NCBI RefSeq assembly: GCF_009914755.1
Contig: NC_060934.1
Strand: one strand, 5' to 3'
From: the human T2T-CHM13v2.0 reference genome, Homo sapiens
Length of the DNA: 64,000 nt
Below, in pieces: positions 42,176 through 52,658 of the stretch (positions within the stretch are counted from its first letter, which is position 1; every line of letters starts with the position of its first letter). The translations under genes were made by a program, and so were the position numbers. The notes under the pieces were generated by a model. That model was given only the letters and a program-made list of their open reading frames with translations, was not told the origin of the DNA and ran no database searches.

Positions 42176-43074
42176 CAATTTCTAAATTTTAAAGCTACTT
42201 TAAGAGGAAGGGTCTTGAATATACTGAATGACCTTTTGAAACAGATTTTTAACATCACATTTTTTCCTTAAGATATGCATTGATTAGGATTAGATGACCT
42301 CTCTTTGGTCTCTTCTATAATTCTCATTTAGATAACATGAACGACAGACCCATTGAGATAATTAACAGAATCAAAGGATGTTTTGGTTGTAGTTCTCACC
42401 TGTTCAATGGATGAAGGTATAGCAATACCCAATATGTCCCTAGAGACTGTTCAAGAGAATCTGGCCATCAGGGTCCCCCCAGGTGAGCCCTGTGTGACAG
42501 GAGACCACAGAAGGTCTGGAAAGGATTGCAAAGGACCAAGTAGAGGGTTGGTGACTAACGGGCTGCCTCCCGAGGGTAGAAGTTCTTGCCTTTAACTTCA
42601 GCCCCAGCCCCAAACTCCTTAGCAGTCTGCAAAAGGGAACTGGACCCTGGGAGCGATCTCATTAGCCACTCACTATCCCTCTTGGACCTGAAACCCATTA
42701 CATTTTCCGGGTCCGAGACCCTCGTAGTGTGGGGAATTTCCTGGGAGGAAGATACTACGCGGGGCCGGGAGCAGAATTTGCTCCAGGCACTGGGCCAGTC
42801 CATGAGGGCTCCAGGATCCAGGGGCCCCACTCCCTTCTCGCCGGGCTCCGGGCCAAGGAAGCGCGGCCGGAGTCCCGGGAAGCCCCTCGGCAGCCAGCCA
42901 AGGGCCCTGCGAGGATGTGGATGGCGCGGATGGCGCGGCCTCCACCTGCGGGCAGTGGAGAGAGCGGCGAGAGGAAGAATATTCCCCGCGAGCCGGGATA
43001 AGGGGCCCCTTCGGCTCGGTTGACCCAGGTCAGATCCTCCCGCCGACCTTCGGCCCGCCCTCTACAGGCGGCCC

Positions 43075-43174
43075 AGTTCTTCCCCTGCTCGGCTGCCCCT
43101 GCCCGCCCCTCGAGGGAGCGCCCGTAGCCAGCGCCCCCGTAAAGAAATAAGGAGGCGCCCGGCTTCCCGCCCAG
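43075..43174 (+). other. MYO3A: MYO3A non-coding exon 1 (5'UTR); TSS approximate
   Basis: Inr-like CCAGTTC at 43073-43079 lies just downstream of a GC box in the CpG island. Strong donor CAG|GTACGT at 43174/43175. No ATG in the exon. Confidence 0.7.
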
Positions 43175-43369
43175 GTACGTGTCGGGACAGCGCAGGGGAC
43201 TGGCTTGGGGCGGCGGTGGGTAGCGGCGCCCGCGCGGCGCTGGAAACGGCCCCGCTTCCTTGGACCCCGGGGCTTGCAGGGCGGGCCCGGGGCTCTCTGA
43301 GCGCGAGGCTGCCGCGACCGCCCGCCCGCCCAGGTCAGATCCGGAGGACCTGTGTGTTTGTCGGGGCCT

Positions 43370-43810
43370 GGGGTGAGAGAGGGGACTCGAGGGGAGAAGT
43401 AGAGCGGGAAACCAAGAGGGGGAATGTGAGGCTTGAACGAGCTGGATGGGAGAGCTCGAGGGGAGGAGAGGGATGAACTTGAGGGGGAAACGGGGGCGGG
43501 GGTGAACTCGAGGGGGAGCCAGGAGGAGGGAACGGGAAGGGTGAACCTGAGGGGTGGACTTGAGGGAAGATCTTGTGGGTGAACCCGAGGAGGGAACGCG
43601 AGGGGATAGTGAGGGGGGATCTCGAGGAGGGAACGTGAGGAATGAACTTGAGGAGGGAACGGGAGGGGTGAACGTGAAGTGGAAACAGGAGGAGGGAACG
43701 GGAAGGGTGGCGTAAGGGGTGAAGGAAGATCTTTAGGGGTGAACTTGGGAAAGAAACGTAAGGGGAGGACCTCGAAGAGTAACGAGGGGCGAGAACTGAG
43801 GGGGCCCTGC
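43370..43810 (+). repeat. Degenerate ~13-bp purine-rich tandem repeat (GAGGGGTGAACTT / GAGGAGGGAACGG) in intron 1
   Basis: Reads as successive units, e.g. gaggagggaacgt|gaggaatgaactt|gaggagggaacgg|gaggggtgaacgt|gaagtggaaacag|gaggagggaacgg. Roughly 25-30 degenerate units. Confidence 0.8.
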
Positions 43811-44589
43811 AGGGAGACTGGAGGGAGGAGGCGCCGAGTCTGGCGGGTGTCGCCTCGGAGACCTGTGGCGCGCGCAGGCTTTGCGGCGCCGCCCACAGGT
43901 GGCGCTGGGTCGGCCCGTCCCTGAGGGAACTGCGTTCCCGGTGATTTCTCAGAACAAGCAGGTCGGTGGAGCTGGGCTCCCTGCAACCCCAAATGCATCC
44001 GTAAAGGAGTTTTAATTTTAAGGAGAAAGAGCAGACAAGAAAAGTATGATCATTATTGAGAAATAGAGAAACCTACCAGGAAAGGATGTCCTTTCAAGTC
44101 TGCTCACCAACAGCTCTGTTCTGTTCTCCAAGTAGTTGCTAACTCGCACCTTGCTACTATCCCCCTTCCAGAAAAAAAATTTTATTATTGTTAGAATGGA
44201 AATTGGCCATAAGCCTTGAAATGACTGTTGTAATGCCACTGAACCCTACACACTAAGCGTTTTTGAAAACTCAAAAGAATCTTCATTTCTGGTTGTTTCT
44301 AGTTTTCTTGGTGAATTAACTAATTGTACAGGTGCACTTAAACCTTCTTAAGCATTTTTATAATTCAGACGGATCTGGTAGCTTGAGAGTTGTTTAATGC
44401 CAGCATATGAAATGAGGGGCTTTAAGTTCCTTGTTCATTGTGTAAAAGTGCGAAAACTTAGTTACTGAGGAATAAACTATTTGTCTTGCCCTTCTACCTA
44501 GAAGTTTCTAAGTTCAACTTCTGATTATTTTCCCCAGATCCTGAATGTTTACTCCCATAAAGCCATGATCTTTTTGTTTTGGGTTACAG

Positions 44590-44676
44590 GCCCAGGGCCC
44601 CAGTGCAGCCTGGACACAGTATTCAAAGTTTTGGCGTCTGAGCATTGTTATGCGTTATTTTCAAGCTTTGCTAACG
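44590..44676 (+). other. MYO3A: MYO3A non-coding exon 2 (87 nt, 5'UTR)
   Basis: T-rich tract then ttacAG|GCCCAG at 44589/44590, and donor ACG|GTAGGT at 44676/44677. The size fits my recollection of the MYO3A 5'UTR exon layout. Confidence 0.75.
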
Positions 44677-45869
44677 GTAGGTGATAAAATTGACAAGTGT
44701 TCTGGGTTTGCCAGAACCTAAGTGCCAAGTTTTGACAGATAAATTGGGTGCATGTTATTCGTGCCATATTGATTTTTATTACATTATAAAAGATAATTAT
44801 TTTAAAATGGGAAAATTTACAGATGCATAAGCTTTCAAAGATAACATGGGCTTTATGAATATATTGATGAGATGTCTAGCATGTGAAAAATTACATTCAT
44901 TTGTCTTAGTCCTTTAAAATTATTATTTGGGGACGAAAATGCAAACTAAAAGATTCAATTTTGTAATCTTTAATATCAACTTAATATATATGTGTATATA
45001 TACATATATTAAAATTTGGTCATGTCACATAATTTGATAGCATCATCTTGTCCTTTTTCGACTGCATCTTTATAGCCTAATTTTTTTTTTGCATATATTC
45101 TTTGAAAAATAACTTTCTCTGTCAAATCCAAAATATTTGAAGGTCCATTATTTGCTACAAGTGGTTTTGATAAATAAATATTTGGAGGCTGAAATACCCT
45201 TTAGAATGTATAGTTCTTTTATATAAATCATATAAAGTTTGTAAAATGTTTATTATGTAAATAATTTTTGCAGTGTTATTTCCAGCTGCGTTTTCTTTTT
45301 CTTTTTATAAACAAGGATCCTTTCATTAGTTTTGTCCGGGAATTGATAATTTGAATGATTGTACCTAACAAACAAACTCCCTCCCCCTAGTAATAGGAAA
45401 CAAATTCAGTTATTCATTAGAGGGTAAATAGAAGATTTCTGATAAGCTTTCAAATTGATACACAGACGATCCCTTACTACTTTGGCGACACATTGGGAGT
45501 TAGGAACCTCAAGTTGGGAAGCATTACTCTTTTGAACTAAAATCATCTATCATTGGACACGTAATTTCTACCATGAACTTAAACATTATGACCTTAAAAA
45601 CTTTCTAATCTTCAGTTTTCTTTTATGAAAATATGGGTTACAGTAATGCTTTTCTAAAGGGCTTCTCCTGATAATTAAGTGACATACTGCATGTAAAACT
45701 TTAAGCACAGTAGGTACCTGGAATATGGTAAGCAGTTAAAAAAAATAGCCACTGTTAATATCCATTTTTCCTGATATCTGAGGGTGATTAGACAATGTCG
45801 ATATGTTTATAGTTATAGATCATGTCTTGATAAAAAATGCAGAACCTCATATAGAAGTCATATGCGATA

Positions 45870-46205
45870 GTTTCAAGCCTGAAATTGGCCTTTAGAAATG
45901 TTTCTTTGGGTCAGCTCAGTACTTTAAAATAATTGATTTACTTACCGGTATTTTCAAATTAGTAAATTTTGTGTAAGTTCCTGGAGTCCTGGCTTCTCCT
46001 GAAAAAAATGGAGGACCAGGCAAGACAGCTCTTGCAACTGCTCATGGCAGAAGCCAGGATGAGTTGCCCACTTTGGGTGGGGTATACATTCTCCACTTTG
46101 CCACATTGCTGCCATCCTCTGCCTTTATTTCATCAAGTCCTGCTTCACTCATATATTTTACCTCCCTCACTCCTGCAGACATTTGAGTTTGTGATTTCAG
46201 ACTCT
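45870..46205. mobile_element. MER102-like hAT DNA transposon remnant
   Basis: ctggcttctcctgaaaaaaatggagga...cagacatttgagtttgtga. Confidence 0.45.
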
Positions 46206-47949
46206 GGAAATATCCCTTACTAACTTGAACGGTTAATTATATGGCTCACACAATAGCTTAACTGTCATCCTTTGAAAAGGAGAATAATCCTGTATTGCAA
46301 TTTACGAAACAGTTCCTCATAAAACTCAGGTGATGCTTATATCAACTCTGAGAATTTGTTCAGACATGCATTATTATCCCATTTTACAGCTGTGGACATT
46401 GACTTTTAGGTTTATACTAAAACTTAAAGTAATGATCTGGTGACTTAAAGTTTTTTGGAGGCTCACTAACACCACCTTTTAAAGATGGAGATTTTTTTTA
46501 AAGGAAATTATAGTCTTTCTTTTGGTTCTAGCATTTATTTTAAGAAGTACTTTTATCCTCATAAAGGGAGAAAATGAATGGTGGAGAACGGAATACAAAT
46601 ACAAAAGTATTTAAGTAGATTTTGTATTTCCTCTTTGCAAAACATTTTTAAGCAAATTGAAGGGAATAAAACATTGGTTATGGCTCATTCAAAACAGAGC
46701 ATACATGTAACTGGACAAGGTCTGTTTTAAACTATACTGTTATTGGAAAGCTGGAAAGAATGTGTGTCCAGTTCATGTGGTCTGTAATTAAGCTAGACCA
46801 GATTTCTGTGACCAGTTAAGCTAGACCCATTCCTCTGTTTTAATGTTCTGTAAGAAAGGAGACACCCGAAACTTGTTTGGCGATTCAGACTAGTGTTTTA
46901 CAGGGCAAATTTAATTTTTTGTAGGTTTCTTTGAACCAGGAGGGCTTTGTTTTATTATTTTCATAGTCATTCCAGGAGAATAATCTATAGAATAAATTAA
47001 AATCAGGCATATTGCATTTACGGGTGTAGTAACTGTGTATGGTCCTGCTGATATGTGACTGTGTATGAGAGACGTTCAAACCAGTCTGATAGAGGCTTGG
47101 GGAAAGCATCTAGGCAAAGACAACAGGTCCTGGGGCAGAAAAGGGTTTAACAATGTTGTAAGTCCCGTCGGAAGGCAATTGAGGCTGAAGTCACTGAGAG
47201 TGGTGAGAACACAGGAAAGTCAGAAATGGCCAGATCATTCAGGGTCTGGAGAACTTGGTAAAGAATGTGGATTTTGTGGGGTTTTTAGCAGGAAAATAAG
47301 ATGATCTGATTTCTATGCTGAGATCATCCTGGCTACTCTGTGGAGAGAGACAAAATTCTATAGCTGACCAGCTGAAACTCCAGTGTGTTTCTTCCATCAT
47401 AGGCAGCAACTTCTTTTGAATCTGATGTAATCCTTATGTGATGCAGTGTAAGCAGCTTGACAGAAGTGGGTCCATAAAGGGAAGGATCTGTGAATAGTAT
47501 TCTACAGAATATACATGATGAATGTGTATAAAAGTGAGACTCATGATATTAAAATATTGCTTGGTTTTGAGTAAAGCCATCTGCTGTCTTCTTAGCATGT
47601 TCTATATCAATGAGGCAATTTATATTTTCATTAAAAAGTCCTGCTTTCTGCATGTATTTTGGAAAGTTAATGATTAAATTTATTGATATTTGCATTATAT
47701 TAGAAAAGAAAACATGCCCGTGTTCACTTATGAAGCAGTTATTACTAAGGTGGGTTTCTAGCCTCTTTCACCAATAGATTTGGTCATTACATATGAAGTA
47801 TTATGAGATACAGAACTTGGAGAGAATGATTTTTTTGTTTAACTTATGTACTCTCCTTAGAGGTTATATGAGTAAAGAATTAAGTGTTTGGAGTTAAAAT
47901 ATGAAGGCACATGAATGCAGTCATTTCAAGAAAAATAGCTTTTTTCTTT

Positions 47950-49880
47950 CTATTTTTCCTTCTGTAATATTTCTAGGAAATTGTCCATCTAATCTGGTTT
48001 TAGATTTATTAATATAAAATTATCTTTTTAGTCTCTGCTCTAATTTGTTAGTCTTTTCATCCTTAATGTTGCACATCTCTACCTTCTTTCTTGCTAGTTT
48101 TTTCTTGATCAATCTTGACAAGGATCTCCCTATTTAAAAAAAATTATCTTTAAAGAACTATTACATTTATGAATCCCCTAATCTTTTTTTCCTGTAATGT
48201 TTTTCTTTAATTTATACCCTTCTCTTTTTCTACTGTCATTGGTTTTATATAATTTTAGCTTTTCTTCCTTTCTAATGTAAAATTTGAGGCTATATATTTT
48301 CCTCTGTGCACTACTTTAGTTGCTGGTCATACATTTTGTTGAGTAAATTTTTCATTATTATTCAGTTCTAAGTCTATTTTAAAATGTTCATTATGTTTAC
48401 TCTTTGACTTTTAAATTGTTTAGTGCCTTTTTAAGGTATGCAATTGTATAGTTGTTTTTTTTTAACAATGTAGCTTGCAGTAGTTAATTTCTTACTTAAT
48501 TGCATTGCAATCATACGTGCTCAGAGAGTGTATCTATTCTTTTTTGTATGTAGGATTTCATATGTATTCTGGCATATCCATTAAATTCTCCTTGTTAATT
48601 ATGTTGTTCAAATTTTATTTATCCTTACAAACATTTTTTTGTTTAGTTAATCAAAAAATTACTGAGAAGGTATGTTAAAATCTCCCATTAAAATTGTGAA
48701 TTTATTTCTTTATTTCTTTCAGCCTTTATTTGACATGTTTTGGGGTTCTGTTTTGAGTTTTTGTATTTTCTTGATGAATTAAGTTTTTGATTACTATGTA
48801 GTGGCCATCATGCCTCTAATAAATATTTTTGCTTTAAAATATATTTTGCCTGATATTGAGCTAGCCACATCACTTTCTTTTATTGAGGATTACATGGTAC
48901 CATTATTGTACTTCCATTCTTTTCTCTCTGTTTAGGTTTTAGGTGGATGTCTTTCAAACAGCCTGTAGTTACCAATTTCTGTCTTTTCACTGGTGAGTGT
49001 AGTCCAGTTATAATTATTGTGGTTACTGGTATATTATAATGATTTCCACTTGTTATTTTATGCTGTCTATTTCTACTGCTTTTTCTATGTTTCCTTTATT
49101 CTCCTTTCTTGAATTTTTTAATTGAATGACTTTTGTAAAGTCAGGTTTTTTTTTTCTGCTAATATTTTGGAGACTATACATGGTAATCTGAGATTCTGCT
49201 GTTACAAGTATTTGACATGTATATTTTTCTTTTAAAGTCTAAAGTTATTTCTAACTGCTTCCTGAACTATATGAGGAACGTAGAACATTTTAAATCCTAT
49301 CACATTTCCACTTTTGATTATTACTGTTCAATCTTGTCCAACAGAGCCCATTATTGTATCCTACAATTATATAACATACAGTTTCTTTGCTGTTTTTGGT
49401 AATTTAGACCTTTCTTGCGGGATCATTGTCATTCTTGAAACATATCCTTTAGAAGTGCTCTTTCTCAGGGGTCAGTGGTGTTAAACTTTTTTTCTGAAAA
49501 ATACCTTCATTTTGCCTTTCATCTTGAAAGATACTTTTATGGGTACTTTTGTTAATTTCAGATTAACAATTATTTTCTTTCAGTGTTTTGAATATATTAT
49601 GCTACTGTCTTCTTTTGAAAAACCAGCAATCATTCCAATTATTTTCCTCTGTATGTAATAACTCTTTTCTATCTGGTTGACTTTAAGAACTTCTTACTGT
49701 CTTTGATGATGCTGTATAGTTTCATTGTGGTATATATAAGTGTGGATTTCTTTTTATTTATCTTATTTGAATTTTCCTGAATTGGAGTGTTCTACCTTTC
49801 AACTATTTTGGAAACTTCTCAGTCATTATTGATTGCCTTTTCTCCATTCTCTTATTTTCTTCTCAAATTCTGATTAGATT
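47950..49880 (-). mobile_element. Old antisense L1 (L1ME-like), degraded
   Basis: T-rich L1-like motifs (ctaggaaattgtccat, tatgttaaaatctccca, ttttggaaacttctcagtcattat). Confidence 0.6.
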
Positions 49881-50815
49881 TGTATTAGGCTGAATCAGTC
49901 AAGAAAACAGTTAATGCCATATAGTTCAACAGAAGGAATTTAATATGGAGAATTAGTGACAAATGTTTGTCATATCTGAAAGCCAAATAGGGGATAGTGA
50001 GGCAATTTAAAAGTTAACAGTAGCAAAAGACTGTTGTCACTTCTCAGGCTGCAGGAGGTAGTCTTAGCAGAACCCAGAATCCGAGGCTATCTAGAACCCT
50101 GACAGTTTCTGTCCTACAGGGACAGGGACCATAGAGAGCCACAGCAACTGATGGAGACATCACCATAGAAAGCAAAGAAAGCAGAGGAAAAATATTTTGA
50201 TTTCTCCTTTCTCTCTACTTGGGACTCACTGGCAGAATTTCTCAGGGCAGGAAGCCAGCTGGACAAGGAGTGTAGGAAATACGGTTTTGAGATGTCGGTC
50301 CCCGAGATTCAGGAGATGGATGATCATGCATGGATCTGAGAGCATCCTGGTCATCCCATTCTCCTCTCCCTATCTTTTAACTTGTTTTTCACATTTTTCT
50401 ATTATTTTGACCCCCTGTATTACATTCTGGGTAATTATATTGCTGTGGTAAAACATAAATTACATAAAATTTACCCTTTAAACTATTTTTAAATGTGCAG
50501 TTGAGTGGTATTAAGTACAGTCACATTGTTGCCCAACCTTTAACACCATCCATCTCCAGAAATTTTTTATTTTCCCAAACTGAAACTCTGGATTCAACAA
50601 AATTCCTGTTCTCTCTTACCCCAGCTGCTAGCAACCACAATTCTACTTTTTGTCTTTGAATTTGACTATTTTAAACATCTCATATGAGTGGAATCATACA
50701 ATGTTTCCCTTTGCGACTGGCTTATTTTTCTCAACATAACGTCTTCTCGGCTCATCCCTCTCATACATGTTGTAGTATGTGTCAAGTTTCCTTTCTTTTT
50801 AAGGCTGAATAATAT

Positions 50816-51146
50816 TTCTTTTCTTTTCTTTTCTTTCTTACTTTCTTTTTTCTTTTTTTTTTTTTTAGATGGAGTCTCTCTCTGTCGCACAGGCTGTAAT
50901 GCAGTGGCATGAGTTCAGATCACTGCAATCTCTGCCTCCTGGGTTCAAGTGATGCCTCTGCCTCAGCCTCCCAAGTACCTGGGACTACAGGCATATGCCA
51001 TCACACCTGGCTGATTTTTATATTTTTGTTAGAGATGGGGTTTCGCCATGTTGGCCAGGCCGGTCTTGAACTCCCGACCTCAAGTGATCTGCCTGCCTCA
51101 GCCTCCAAAAGTGCTGGGATTACAGGCATGAACCACCGCGTCCAGC
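50816..51146 (-). mobile_element. Alu (AluS/J)
   Basis: Full antisense dimer with a (TTTTC)n/T tail. Confidence 0.93.
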
Positions 51147-52611
51147 CAATTAATAATCTGTAGGTGTATACAGCATTTTGTTATCCATCTGTCAGTGGAC
51201 ATGTAGGTTGTTTCTGTCTTTGGCTATTGTGAATAATACTGCCATTAATGTGGGTGTACAAATATCTCTTTGAGCCTTTGATTGAATTCTTTGGCTTATA
51301 TTCAAGAGATGAAATTTTTATCCTATGGTAAGTCTATATTTACTTTTGTGAAGAACTGCTGTATTATTTTCCTCAGCAGCTGCAATATATTCCTGCTAGC
51401 AATGCGCAAGAGTTCCAATTTCTCTACAACATTAACAACACTGAAATCGCTTTCTGGGTTTCTTCTTTCTAAATAATAACTTCTAATGAGCATGAAGTGG
51501 TATTGCATTGTGACTTTTTGATTTGCATTTTCCTAATTATTAGGATGTTGTACATCATTTCATATGCTCATTGACCATTTGTATATATTATTTGGAGAAA
51601 CTTCTAGTCAAATCCTTTGCTCATTTTTTAATTGGGTTTTTTTTTTTTAGTTGTAGAGTTATTTATATATTCTGTATGTTAACCCTTTATCAGATATATG
51701 ATTTGCAAGTGTTTTTTCTCATTGTGAAGATTGTCTTTTCACTCTGTTGTTAATGTTTTGTACATTCCTTGATATCCAAAAGTTTTGGTTCTTACCAAGT
51801 CCAATTTATGTATTTTTTCTCTTCTGCTTGTGCTTTTGGTGTCATATCCGAGAAATCATTGCCAAATCCATTTTCATGGAGCTTTTCCCTTATGTTTTCT
51901 TCTAAGTGTTTTATTATTTTAGCTCATATGTTTAAGTCTTTGATCTATTTTGAGTTAATTTTTATATATGATCTAACAGTAATGTTCTTTTGCATGTGGA
52001 TATCCAGTTTTTCCACCACCACTTGTTAACAAGACTGTTTTTTCCCTATTGTTGGAAATCATTTGACTATATTTCTGGGCTATTTCACTCTATTTGTCTA
52101 TGTGTACCAGTACCACAATGATTTGATTACTGTAGCATTGTAGTAAGTTTTGAAATCAGGAAGTATAAAACCTCCAACTTTGTTCTTCTTTACAAGATTA
52201 CTGGAGATCCTTTGAGATTCCATATGAGTTTTAGGATGTATTTATTTCTATTTCTGCAAAAAACATTGGGATTTTGCTAACAATTGCATTGAATTTATAG
52301 ATCACTTTGGGAAATATTGACATTTAACCAATATTAAATCTTCTAATCCATGAACACAGATATCTTTCCATTTATTTGTGTGTTCTTTAATTTCTTTCAG
52401 CAATGTTTGTACTTTTCAATACACAAGTCTTTCATCTCCTTGGTTAAGTTTATTTCTAAGTATTTTATTCTTTTTGATTCTATTGTAGATTAAATTGTTT
52501 TCCTAATTTCTTCTTCTGGTTGTTCATTGTTAGTGTACAGAAAAACAACAGATTTTTGCATGTTGATTTTGTATCCTGCAGCTTTGCTGAATTCATTAAT
52601 TAGTTCTAACA

Positions 52612-52613
<2 letters not shown>

Positions 52614-52657
<44 letters not shown>
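52614..52657. repeat. (TG)22 microsatellite
   Basis: Perfect run within the L1. Confidence 0.97.

Positions 52658-52658
<1 letters not shown>

Larger units (their letters stand above)
42700..43970. promoter_or_regulatory. CpG island / TATA-less promoter of MYO3A
   Basis: Abrupt rise in GC and CpG density with many CGCG/GCGC and CCGCCC GC-boxes, against an AT-rich, CpG-poor background. Confidence 0.92.

Noticed and set aside
43185-43193. REST/NRSE half-site GGACAGCGC
   Set aside because: The left half (TCAGCACC) is absent, and half-sites are frequent in GC-rich DNA.
43030-43998. 322-aa minus-strand ORF, the longest in the window
   Set aside because: It is Pro/Ser-rich because it reads the pyrimidine strand of the 13-bp repeat and CpG island, where stop codons are rare. 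It has no domain-like features.
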